A DNA stretch of 46,394 nt, counting the filler, from Catajapyx aquilonaris (taxonomy: Eukaryota), in the NCBI GenBank assembly GCA_000934665.2. It is 2 parts of 2 records of this genome, joined end to end, with 100 filler letters (N's around TTAATTAATTAA, not from the genome) between each part and the next. Parts side by side here need not be neighbours in the genome. Positions count along the whole stretch, not along the records: positions 1 to 23,145 come from JYFJ02005734.1; positions 23,246 to 46,394 come from JYFJ02005735.1. The stretch is one strand, 5' to 3'. The first letter of the stretch is position 1. Each line of letters starts with the position of its first letter. Of the stretch, positions 14,301 through 24,649 are shown in pieces. Under the pieces are notes generated by a model that did no database searches, had not been told where the DNA came from, and saw only the letters and a program-made list of their open reading frames with translations. Both the position numbers and the translations under genes were made by a program.

Positions 14301-16969
14301 ACTACTGTTGACCAATTTTTTTTTGGTGCTTCCAAAAATGGGAAATTCCCTGGAATTGTTGTATACGTGCCCAAGGTGACTACTTTGAAGGTGGCAGTGG
14401 AAATTAGGACTTAAAATAAATATTAATGTTTTTATGACTACAGTCTGGGAACTTTTCGATCACACCTTGTAGATGACTTTCACACCATATTCTGTATCTG
14501 CCTAATGCCCAAATCCCAAATTTGATATTTCAAATGCAAAGTTTTTGAGTGTAATACAGTTGAACATGACAGTTGAAAATTCGCAACATTTCCTCCCATA
14601 TTAAATCAGTCATAATTTCCTAATGTTAGCCTTCAATATGGGCCATTCCACGTGAAATCATCACGGGGTATGCTCATGAATTTTAGATTTCCAAAATAAT
14701 TTGCAGGGAGATAGACCTATCCCTAAACTCTAGATTTCCCAAGTATTTCGCTCCTCTGTTCTCAAGGTCACGAGAGGTGAGTGGATATGTCCGGGGGGGC
14801 AAATTACAACTTTCAAACCGAGCCACTTTCAGAATCGAATATCTCAGAAACTACGCGTCGTAGCGACTCTTCTCATGGAACATTTATTTCAGATCATAGG
14901 ACGTAGGATTTGAAAATGTAATCACTTATGTGATATATGTATTGTGTGACGAGTTACAGCCGCCGCAATATGTGTATATTTGTCAAAATTTGCTCCCCTT
15001 CGGAATTTTTTACTGCTGTAGTATTGTTTTAATTTGCAAATATTACACCTTATCGGAGTCATACCCATGTACCTGATCTCTCATAAATTATTTCGCATTG
15101 TACAATATATAAACTCGGAGAAATTAACAGTCACATTTTGAAGAAACCTCATTTTGGCCATTATTGAGGCCCAAAAAAAGGTACCGTATTTACTCGCATA
15201 TAAGACGCACTTTTTTTCCGATTTTTGTAGCTCAAAAAGTAGGGTGCGTCTTATACGGCAGGGCAGAACGGGTGAAACCCGTGAGAAATCGTGAAAATCG
15301 TTTATTGAAAAATTTAAGCTTGTCGGTTTGATGTCCTGTCAGCACAGTTGATCACTTTCATCTTGAAATCGGCGTTTCTCCTTCACTTCCATTGATATTA
15401 TGGTCTCCCCGTCCCCACACGTGCACAATTCCGGTGTGACCTTGCCACCTATACGTTTCAGATGCGTAGCATTGTCCCATTTTCCACTTTCCCCCCCCCT
15501 TTTACTGGATTCTAATGNTCCCCCCCCCCCCCCCCCCCCCCCTTACTGGATTCTAATGGATTCCACACGCACATGCATTGCACACGAGGTTGCTGCCGGA
15601 AGCTCGAGGCCAGTTCCCAAACTACGGCAATAAATCTAGGTGCGTCTTATATGAGTCAACAACCGATTTTCCACGATTTTTCGCCTCAAAACCGGGGTGC
15701 GTCTTATACGCGTGTGCGTCTTATATGCGAGTAAATACGGTATGTGGGACAACAATTAAAAATCAGGAAGTGAGTTATTCGGATAGTCCAAAACGTGGGC
15801 TTTCAGAATATATCTACCTGATATAATTACGATAATCTGGCCTGGAGAGACGGTAGGGCCTTTTGTTTGAAGGCAAGTTCCGCCGGCAGTTGCGGCGTCT
15901 TCACCCGGCCATCATACTGCCCCCACGGGAGAACTCCGGAGAGTCCGAAGCACGGTCCGCAGCCATCCGATGATGGCCGGGTGAATACGCCGCAGCTGCC
16001 GGCGGAACTTGCCTTCAAACAAAAGGCCCTATTGTCTCTCCAGGCCAGATTATCGTATATCAGGTAGATATATTCTGAAAGCCCACGTTTTGGACTATCC
16101 GAATAACTCAACTTCCTGATTTTTAATCGTTGTCCCACATACCTTTTTTCGGGCCTCAATAATGGCCAAAATGAGGTTTCTTCAAAATGTGACTGTTAAT
16201 TTCTCCGAGTTTATATATTGTACAATGCGAAATAATTTACGAGAGATCAGGTACATGGGTATGACTCCGATAAGGTGTAATATTTGCAAATTAAAACAAT
16301 ACTACAGCAGTAAAAAATTCCGAAAGGGAGCAAATTTTGACAAATATACACATATTGCGGCGGCTGTAACTCGTCACACAATACATATATCACATAAGTG
16401 ATTACATTTTCAAATCATACGTCCTATGATCTGAAATAAATGTTCCATGAGAAGAGTCGCTACGACGCGTAGTTTCTGAGATATTCGATTCTTAAAGTGG
16501 CTCGGTTTGAAAGTTGCAGTTTGCCCCCCGGACATATCCACTCACCTCTCGTGACCTTGAGGACAGAGGAGCGAAATACTTGGGAAATTTAGAGTTTAGG
16601 GATAGGTCTAACTCCCTGCAAATTATTTTGGAAATCTAAAATTAATGAGCATACCTCGTGATGATTTCACGTGGAATGGCCCATATATGCAATTAGTATG
16701 CTTTCCGTCTGATAATATTTTCTTTTCTACAGACGCATCTGAAAAAGTTGAGATTGGATATGGTGTTGGATGAGGATATTGTCCATCAGTTTGAATCAGA
16801 CCACAGTTTGGATGCCAACAATGAGATACATGCAATTGGTGATGGTTTAAGGGATGCATCAGATGATCTATTTGCAGAAAGAGAGCTATCAGGGTATGTA
16901 TACCATGAAAATATTAAGCCTCATTTACAAAGAAGTGATGCTGCCTTTAACAGGGCCAGAGCAGTCTGA
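11339..16969 (+). CDS. TIPIN: TIMELESS-interacting protein-like (Swi3/Csm3 domain), about 214 aa
   Basis: Exon 11339-11746 encodes an acidic N-terminus then PKLDANKL..GL..QWVHRLAP..IEQLGSNKQVQ. It splices in phase 0 (CAG|GTATGG ... TTCTACAG|) to exon 16733-16969, THLKKLRLD..., which completes the Swi3 motif. 3' end uncertain because of an alternative donor at 16894. Confidence 0.82.
12280..12995. mobile_element. Short TIR element hosting a piggyBac-like insertion
   Basis: ATGGTCCCACAGCAGAAGGGCCTAAGTGCCATT is mirrored by AATGGCACTTTGGCCCTTCTGCTGTGGCACCAT. Confidence 0.65.
12461..12960. mobile_element. piggyBac-like MITE, 500 bp
   Basis: TTAA TSD (12457-12460, 12961-12964). CCCTC(G/A)GACGGTGACGTG termini. 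Subterminal repeat GGTGACGTGGGCACTTTTTGTGACCAA with an asymmetric spacer at the right end. Confidence 0.88.
13115..13214. mobile_element. 100-bp palindromic MITE with TA flanks
   Basis: Near-perfect hairpin CTATATCGCCCAAAAAGATAGAGACGATT..AATCGTCTCTATCTTTTTGAGCGATATAG. Confidence 0.75.
13247..13488. mobile_element. Tc1/mariner-type MITE with an internal 28-bp tandem duplication
   Basis: TA|CAGGGT..CCAAG / CTTGGAACACCCCGG|TA. TACTGATCCAGGTGCCCTATTTTATAGC twice at 13306-13361. Same family as 27000-27228. Confidence 0.75.
13553..14469 (+). mobile_element. Internally deleted, inactive mariner transposon
   Basis: TA flanks. TIR CGAAGTGTGATCAAAAAGTTCCCGGACTGT. Transposase relics EQKICIKFCFQLNK..YEWF (HTH), EFLPPGKTVNGKYYC, WLLHHDNA, HPAYSFVLAPRDFYLFPKMK (YSPDLAP-like). 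The WVP/first-Asp region is missing and there are frameshifts. Confidence 0.92.
14640..16682. mobile_element. Large foldback element (about 715-bp arms, about 54-bp loop), possibly Sola-like
   Basis: 14640-15183 plus 15743-15915 is the near-perfect reverse complement of 15970-16682. GGG..CCC termini flanked by ATAT on both sides. Confidence 0.92.
15184..15740. mobile_element. pogo/Tigger-like MITE nested in the left arm of the foldback
   Basis: 27-bp perfect TIR CCGTATTTACTCGCATATAAGACGCAC. TA duplicated, whereas the equivalent right-arm site has a single TA. Internal GTGCGTCTTATA repeats. Confidence 0.9.
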
Positions 16970-17544
16970 CATGCTTCACAAAGTGGATGCTGCTGTGTAG
17001 CAGTCACATATCAAACTTGATTGTTATAATTGAGGTTCTCAGAAGAAAAACAGCATATCCCAACCGGAGGTCATTTTGAGATAAACCGCTTTTTATGTTG
17101 TAAGAGAATAGGATTTTCCAGGAAGGAGTGTAGACATTCCTTTCTCACTGCTTGACTTTGTTGACTGTTTGTGGGGATAGCTTTGTTTGTTTGGAATGCT
17201 GGTGGCTTGTCACATATTGTTAGGGTGGGTTCACCTCTTGAAAGCTGCTACTCCTTTGATATGACGTAAGTGAATCCACATAGCACAGCATCAATTTGCA
17301 CCTGAGAAGTGATGCTTCATTTGGTACAGAATCTCTTCTTTGTAAACAGTACTTTAAAATCATTTTTAGGAAGATTTTTTTGTTGCAATTATGTCAAGAT
17401 GGTTTCATTGTGAGTGGATCAGTCATCTTTATATGGATATGGTTGAAAATTAATAGAGGAAAACTAGCCAGAGGCTTCATCTACCTCCTGCCAAATGGTT
17501 ACAATCACAGTGAGCCTGTATAAAGTCATATACTCCTACCTCAT

Positions 17545-17699
17545 GTTCTCTCCATGTTCGCGTGAGTTTTCTCGGGGTTCTCCCGTTTCCTCCCGCAATC
17601 AAAATCCATCACACGCAGGCAATGATTAAAGTCAGTTCACGAAAAGAAGATCCCCTAAGAGGCCCAAGGCCTATCACGGGGTATCCATTATTTTTATTA

Positions 17700-17767
<68 letters not shown>

Positions 17768-17768
17768 G
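17545..17768 (+). mobile_element. 5'-truncated SINE (family B) with long (ATT)n tail
   Basis: Matches the 3' half of 19026-19294. 12-bp TSD CTCCTACCTCAT at 17533-17544 and 17769-17780. Confidence 0.88.
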
Positions 17769-18099
17769 CTCCTACCTCATATTTTTGCATCCAACATTGA
17801 TCAGGAAAGTGTACTGGCTGATTGTCCCCAGACAGCTCCACCACTATTGGTAAAGGAACACATGCCATTTGCAACCTTCACTGGACATTGTGGGGTCTTG
17901 CTCATTTGATATCAGATTCTGATTATTGCATAGCTCTTCTTATCCATTGCCACTATTAAAGGTACCAGTATGAATTATCTGGGTTATGTTAAGTTTCCTA
18001 TCTAACCAACACTTCAAAATGGCACATTTTGATGTGGCCATGGAGAATGATACAGTCACACAAACAGGAAAGTGATACAGGTCGATCATAGGTCATTTC

Positions 18100-18543
18100 C
18101 AAAGAACTGATTTCTAGGTTTTTACCTACTTTTTATTTTGTAGGCCCCAAAATATGTATCCGTTTCATAACATAAGGACCTCAAAAATCATAGTTTTATA
18201 AAACCTAACATTGCCTATTTTGGATGGTGGGATCTAAAAGATTAGCGCCTATTTTCACCTATTTACGCCTTTTGATGCTTTTCGGCAGTTTTATGTGTTT
18301 TCTGTTCAAGTCATCCCTCCCGCTTCAACCTGTGAATAGCGAAGAAGCTGTAGCCTATAGACATACAGGATGAACTGGCTGTACAAGACATTTAACTTTT
18401 AAGCTGTAATATTGCATGGGACTGAAAATAAATTACGACCAGCTTGATTTTTAGTGCCTATTTAAGAGCCTATTTTAACTGTTTTCATGACCTAAATGCC
18501 TACCTATTTGACGGTTTTTTAGAACCTAGAAATCCGTTCTTTG
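18100..18543. mobile_element. Non-autonomous DNA transposon with 8-bp TSD (P-element- or hAT-like)
   Basis: TIR CAAAGAAC(T/G)GATTTCTAGGTT. Perfect TSD GTCATTTC at 18092-18099 and 18544-18551. Internal GCCTA repeats. Confidence 0.8.
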
Positions 18544-19025
18544 GTCATTTCTTTGCCTTTGATATGATATGAAAGACTAATGTCCCGCTTCTTCACAAGT
18601 CCACTACATCGAGGCACCCTATGGCAATGCACGTTACATGCATTGGAAACCTGAGAGGTCGCGCTTTGAAACCCAAAGGATTCTGGGCCAGTGGGGGATT
18701 TCACTTTCAGGAAGTAATATGGCAAAAGAAACTATGGGCCACATGCTTGCTTTTTATGTGCTTAGATTCCACATACTTCGAGATTCCAAAAATCACATCT
18801 CATGTCCGCTTTTCTGTGGAATTTCCTGTATCCAATTGCTTTACCAGAGCCTGCCAGATTTTGTGTACCCTTCTTCCTGTGGGGCAAACAAGCCATGACA
18901 CAGGTCAATAGCAGCCTATAGCTATTGTACACTTAATACAGGATTATTCAAAGATAAATTGACAGTTTCAACATGTTATAAAACTAAACCTATTTAAGGT
19001 ATCGACACTTACAATGTGGGATTTT

Positions 19026-19294
19026 AGGGCGACACGGTGGCCAAGTGGTTAGCGCCGCAGCCTTCCACCTCTAAGGTCCCGAGTTCGATCCCCGGGTCGG
19101 ACGGAGGATACTTATGTGGATAGAGTTTCGATGGGTTCTCTCCGTGTTCGCATGGGTTTTCTCGGGGTTCTCCCGTTTCCTCCCACTATCAAAATCCATC
19201 ACATTACAGGCAAATGATTAAAGTCGGTTATTCAAAAGATGATCCCCTAAGAGGCCCAAGGGGCCTATCATGGGGTATCCATTATTATTATTAT
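19026..19294 (+). mobile_element. Full-length tRNA-derived SINE (family B)
   Basis: A-box TGGCCAAGTGG and B-box GAGTTCGATCC. Central GGGTTTTCTCGGGGTTCTCCCGTTTCCTCCC. Hairpin plus ATT tail. 14-bp TSD CAATGTGGGATTTT at 19012-19025 and 19295-19308. Confidence 0.92.
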
Positions 19295-20486
19295 CAATGT
19301 GGGATTTTGTAGAGGAAATTGGGAAGTTTTTTTAAAAGCAACTTATAGATGTTTGATGTATGGACCCTTAGTCACACTATGAAGTAGTCGAATTCTTGGC
19401 ATACATGCATGAACATATCTTCATAGACTGTATCAAAAGCTGTTGTGATACATTTGTGTCAGACCATATTATGAATTAACAGGAAGGGGAGTGATATGAA
19501 AGCATTGTCATTAACCCAGATATGCCGATATCCCTATAGGGGACACCTGCACAGTTGTTACATTTTAATTTTTTGCGCAGGTTCTTCTGCTGCTAAAGAG
19601 CTGGTAGTAGTCAAGTGTGCTTCAGTAGAGTCCCAGCTAACGATACAAGTTCAAACCTGCTCAATATTGCTTCAGATTTTTAAGATACAGGTGTTTGAAT
19701 TTTAACGCAGGAAATAATGGCTTCACCTCCACGTTCCGAAGACGATTAGTAATTAATTCTCGAATGTTGATTAGCATTATGAGTTATTTTTTGTTTGTAA
19801 TACTTAGAAAACTTATGAATGATGATGTCGATGTGGAAATATAGGCATATTTTTTACTTTCCTTGTCTGAGAGTACTGTTGAAATCGGGTGTCCCTTCTG
19901 GTGAATGCAAGAGGCAAATGCACCCACATTTGGACAAGTGAAGTATGTGTGTGGATTTTGTACGCTTTGTTGAACTGTATTTTAATGAATCCATACAATT
20001 AAAACGAGATTAGATGGCAATTTATTAACATGGCAACCTTTGCAACAACCCTTGATTGTTGTTGATTGTGACTCAATCACAACCCCTTCTTTGCACGGCC
20101 TGTTTCCGTGGTAATGCAATCGACAACAATCAATCATTGGTGATATTATGAAACTGTGGATATTGCTGAATGTCATCGTTGCCATTGTAATGTAATCAAC
20201 AACTGTTATAACCATACTAGGTTACATTTTCCTAGCATCCCATAATTATAGGGAACTGCCATTTTCTCGCAAACAAGAATTCAGAAAAATGTTTTATCTC
20301 GATTTTTGTGTTTTGGGAACTAACATGAACTAATAGAAACAAAAAAAGGTCAAAAATTCAACAAAAACATTTCCAGGCATATCTGGGTTAACATAATATT
20401 CCCATAAAATAAAGTGACAGGGTGACAGATTGGGACTTCATGTTGGCCAACATGGGAGTGACAAGTTGCATTTCGTGCGGCCAATC

Positions 20487-20722
20487 CAGTGCTCTGCCAT
20501 CAGATGTGAGAGGACCGTAACTCATTATCCACTTCCCTTGCGGCGAGAAAAGAAAGCAAGTGTTACCGAAAGCATCCAAGAGGTGGCGTTGGGGAAGGGG
20601 GTAAAAAGGAACGGCACCCCAACTCCACCTGTTGGGTGCTTTTGGGACCACTGCCTTTTTTTCTCGCCGCAAGGGAAAGTGGACATTGAGTTACAGTCTT
20701 TTCATATCTGACGGCAGCGCTG
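20487..20722. mobile_element. Hairpin MITE (about 75-bp imperfect arms)
   Basis: CAGTGCTCTGCCATCAGATGTG..TCCACTTCCCTTGCGGCGAGAAAA is mirrored by TTTTCTCGCCGCAAGGGAAAGTGGA..CATATCTGACGGCAGCGCTG. Confidence 0.75.
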
Positions 20723-21330
20723 TGTAAGATTTGCATTAAGCTAATTTCAAGCTTCTCAGTACTGTACTATTAGAAATTGTCACTTTTTGTGCAGTTGCCG
20801 CATTAATAAGCATTGTGAGTTATGTTACAAATGTATCACAACAGCTATTGCTGAAGTTGATGAAGGTATGTTAATGCATGTTTGGCAAGAATTTGACTAT
20901 CTCATTGATATGCTGTGTGACTCAGGGTTCACACATCATAAATTGCTGTAAAAAAGCTTTCAGAGTTTCTCTACAAATCTTGCATTTTGAATGTCAATAT
21001 CTTAATTAGTTTTGGTTTTGTAACATGTTGAAACTGTCATTTTCTCTGTGAATAATCCTGTATGTTGTGGGCATACAAGAGAAATTCATGAAGTCCAAAA
21101 AAACACATTTCAAGATAATCCAGTGCAAAGATTTGACCTTGCACTTGTTTACGTTGAGTACATAAGTGCGATGTAGTAGCTGCGAAATACTTAGAATTTT
21201 CGTTCTCACGTCAGTCAAAGAGTCAGAGGGATTTGAATCTGGTACTCATGGCTGTGAGACTTACTCCCTTCCAATGACCTATCGCCAGGTATGACTCGGT
21301 GGGCCCTTGCTGAATGTGCTTCCCTATTTG

Positions 21331-21460
21331 CAGTGGTGGGCACAGCTAACCAAAAGTTTAGCTTCGCTAACAGCTAATTCACTAACTAAAACCGTTGACT
21401 TTGCTAAATCGCTAATGCTAAACAGCTAAAAATATTAGCGAAAGCTAATGCTAGCTTTTA
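21331..21460. mobile_element. Solo hAT-like terminus with subterminal GCTAA repeats
   Basis: CAGTGGTGGGC followed by many GCTAA/TTAGC motifs. No partner end found. Confidence 0.45.
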
Positions 21461-21863
21461 TTATATGAATGTAGCCTTTTTTGGTTTTAAAAAATTAAAA
21501 CAGACCTAGAGTGCTAGGGCCTAGAGAGCACTGCTACACATACGCCTTCTTTAGTTATTTAGTGTTCCTTACAAAAAGTAATAAACAAGTCCAAAAAGCA
21601 AAAAAAGTTTAGTTGGAACAAAAGTATTACAATTTACAAGGGAGAGTCAACAAATTGAGACTGATTTTTTATGTGACTAAGAGAATTAGTTCAAAAATCG
21701 CGGTGAATAGCATTGTGTCCAGAAGGGACAGGAGTATTAGAACACCAATTCCTGTTCTAATCTTCCACAATCCCAAGCAATTCTGACACCAGTAATAGTA
21801 GGTTCAGATTCACCCCCTCTCTGTCAGGTCGGCGGTGAGGACCAATATTCAGTGTTGAGGTTT

Positions 21864-22218
21864 GTTTTTTTTTAAATAATTTTTTTAAGGCTGTACCCCA
21901 TGAGACAGTGTCAATGTTGGGGGGTGGACTACCACCATATTTCCATATTTTTCCATTTTTTCCATTTTCTTCTAACTCCGGTGCAGGGAATGAAGGACAT
22001 AGGGTAAGGATAGGGATTTTTGGGGAGGGAACATGGGTGTAAGTGCAATGTCTGAAAAGAGGTCATGTGCTGTTCTCCAGGAGGTTAGGTTGCCAGACAC
22101 CTCCAAGGCGCAGGTGAGAGACCTTCCTGATGCAGGTGGAAGGGAACTCCCAGGCAGGGCTTGTGACCTTTCACTCAGCAAGCCGAGACGTTACCATCTT
22201 GGCCACCGCACCTCCCCC
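21864..22218 (-). mobile_element. SINE family A copy
   Basis: Reverse complement matches the head and body of 9355-9706. Flanking direct repeat AGTGTTGAGGTTT at about 21851 and 22224. Confidence 0.85.
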
Positions 22219-22284
22219 AATTTAGTGTTGAGGTTTTGTTTCCATTGGAAAAAAAACAGGCAGGGAGGTGTACGACATGCTAAG

Positions 22285-22530
22285 ATTATGAGTAGCAGAC
22301 ACCGGTCACCATCCTCAGCCACAAGACGTTGCTACACTTTGCAAACCTCCACCCGCATCTGCCTCTCCTCTGGCGTCAACAGCCTGGGACCCCATAGCAC
22401 CTGGTGCAAATGCATCACATGTGAAAATGGTTAAATGGTCAATGCAAAATCGTGTTGGCACTACCAGAGGAGACACCACATATTCTGGCAAAATCATCGA
22501 CTGTTCTGTAGCGATCTTCCTGGCAAATCA
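22285..22530 (-). mobile_element. Mariner transposase fragment
   Basis: Minus-strand EDRYRTVDDFARICGVSSGSANTILH, then WGPRLLTPEERQMRVEVCKV*QRL (second HTH and WVPHEL-like linker). Disrupted. Confidence 0.7.
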
Positions 22531-22781
22531 CTGCACAGGTGGGGTTAAAGATCCTTGGAATGCTACAGATCTTTAAAATGCAGGAGAGGGTCAAAGTGGG
22601 TTACTCACGAAGCAATAGCTGTATTTGGTTAAGGTATGAGTCAATTTGGTGCGTGTATTTCTTCTCAAAAGCTGGTGTGGCAAGGTTAATACAAATTTGA
22701 AATAACTACATTGTAATGGATCGATTTGCTTTGGGAGGTTAGGCTAGGTCAGGTTAAAGTGGATTAAAATAACTACTGATA

Positions 22782-23041
22782 ATCGCATCCCGGCAATAAC
22801 AGGGGCACAAGTCCAACAATAACGATTTTGACTTATTACTAGAGCAGGGTCCATGACCGTGTGCACATTCAGAATGCATATTCTGATTTTTAAAAATTAA
22901 AAATTAAAAATTCTGATTATTCGAATGCTGCATCAATACCTGATTTATGATAACACTATACCAACACTATACAACTTTCAAAGTGCTCTCCTGTGAAATT
23001 GACTTTTTGGACTTGTGCCCCTGTTATTGCCGGGGTGCGAT
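22782..23041. mobile_element. MITE with about 35-bp TIR
   Basis: ATCGCATCCCGGCAATAACAGGGGCACAAGTCCAA / TTGGACTTGTGCCCCTGTTATTGCCGGGGTGCGAT. Confidence 0.75.
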
Positions 23042-23145
23042 ATTTTGTTATACTTGCCCTGATCTGAAAATATTGGGACACCCCCAAAAAATGGAGTGGT
23101 GGGGTTATACACAGGATGTGATAAAAAGTTTCCATTAAGATTATC

Positions 23146-23245
23146 NNNNNNNNNNNNNNNNNNNNNNNNNNNNNNNNNNNNNNNNNNNNTTAATTAATTA
23201 ANNNNNNNNNNNNNNNNNNNNNNNNNNNNNNNNNNNNNNNNNNNN
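23146..23245. other. Assembly gap with artificial six-frame-stop linker
   Basis: 44 N + TTAATTAATTAA (23190-23201) + 44 N, exactly 100 bp. Confidence 0.95.
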
Positions 23246-23929
23246 AGACACTCACCAGGCCTAGCCCCGACCCCTTTCTCCCACTCACCCCAGACAAAGG
23301 AGTCACACAGTTCCTGTATAAAACTGTTTATTGCACACTCACGATCATACCCAGCATACACACAGAACACTTACGCACAGGGCATGGGGCCCAAGGCCCC
23401 CCAAGACACAGGACACCAGGAGGTCACCTCCAACCCAACCACCCTGTTCCCTTGCCTCTCCTCGTCTCCTCACCTTCCCTCAACATCCGCCAGGTGGCTC
23501 CCCACCCTATCCACAGTGCTGCCCTCTGTTGGCAGGCTGGCAGCAGCCACTACAATAGGCAGACTGCCACACAGTTTCAGAAATGATAAGTACCGGTACG
23601 AGTACACTGTGTTGTACTGTACTGAAAATAATTGAACATGCTTGGAAGTTGATTACTGGATGAATACTATCCAGTACTTACTTCTACATTACTGTACTGC
23701 AATATGAAACCAGAGAGATTGAAATCCTAATATGTTGAACACCTCCCTATGTTGGACATTGTTTTTGGAACCATCAGTGTCCAACATAAACAGGTTTTAC
23801 TGTAATAGGGTGTAGTGTACACCTCAGCTAGAGGTTTTTGAGCAGACCTTTATTTTTCTCATCAGGGATACAGTTTTGCGTGTCCATTCTCAATGAAATA
23901 CCTTGGTCTGCAGGCATGGGTGGGAGGAA

Positions 23930-24148
23930 GGGGAGGTGCAAGATGAAAGTGAAATGTCATTGTTATGGTCATTTTGTGAGTTCCCCCAGGTGGTTAGTCT
24001 AACAACAATTATACACCCAAGATGAAGCCAGATATGACCCCAATATCTGCACAGGATGGAAGGAGGGAATTCCCGGTATTGGTATTGAACACGGGACTCT
24101 CCAATCTGTTGGAGCCTACATTACTGCAGTGCCACTCCACCACCCCTG
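23930..24148 (-). mobile_element. Degenerate SINE related to the 1517-1866 family
   Basis: CACCCAAGATGAAGCCAGATATGACCCC..CTGCACAGGATG resembles the reverse complement of about 1600-1650. Head GGAGTGGCACTGCAGTAA. Confidence 0.5.
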
Positions 24149-24464
24149 CATAGGGTAGAGTACACCACATTATACCCATATCTGGGCCCTGTCACAATGC
24201 CACCGTGAAAAATAAATGAAGTGTCTATACTGCAGTGTATTTGGACACGCAAGGATTGCAGCAATGTGTTTAGGTTGATATTTTGTTATTTTTACATTGT
24301 TCAAAATTTTCCAATTTAAAACGCTTTCAAAGGGAAATCAGCATTAATGTGAAATGGCATAAAAAATAGGTACTGCCTTTATAATCCCAAATGCCATTTT
24401 TAAAATTTGGATTTCTGGGTCAGGCTAAAGGGGAAACAAGGGATAGGTGATGACATCTGTCCTG

Positions 24465-24649
24465 GAGACGTATACTGGCCGAGGCTGTCTCGAGCTGAAC
24501 TCGAGGATGCGACTCTTCAGCCTGACGTCAAAGTGACATATGCTGGGTGCCTCCCCCTGCCCCGGATTGGTCGGCATACGTCATTTTGACGTCAGGCAGA
24601 ATCGCATCCTCGAGTTCAGCTCGAGACAGCCTCGGCCAGTATACGTCTC
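24465..24649. mobile_element. Young hairpin MITE with CTG flanks (Harbinger-like)
   Basis: 48-bp perfect TIR GAGACGTATACTGGCCGAGGCTGTCTCGAGCTGAACTCGAGGATGCGA, extending imperfectly to about 75 bp. CTG on both sides. Confidence 0.85.

Larger units (their letters stand above)
18939..21060. mobile_element. Tc1/mariner-superfamily derivative with long arms containing transposase C-terminus
   Basis: TA|CAGGATTATTCA..TGACAGTTTCAACATGTTA at both ends. Arms 18939-19457 (SINE-interrupted) and 20827-21060 are mirror images. Confidence 0.75.

Noticed and set aside
15827..16401. Mirror-image ORFs on both strands
   Set aside because: Artefact of the foldback palindrome.
17562..17909. Poly-Leu/poly-Ile ORFs (also poly-Ile/Tyr at 39887-40294)
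   Set aside because: Translations of (ATT)n retroelement tails.
19027..19100. tRNA-like sequence with A and B boxes
   Set aside because: It continues into a SINE body, tail and TSD. No clean acceptor stem or terminator, so not called a tRNA gene.
19581..19705. Possible third TIPIN exon after the acceptor-like TTTTGCGCAG
   Set aside because: It lies inside the 18939-21060 element. Splicing from 16893 gives only GFFCC* with no TIPIN similarity.
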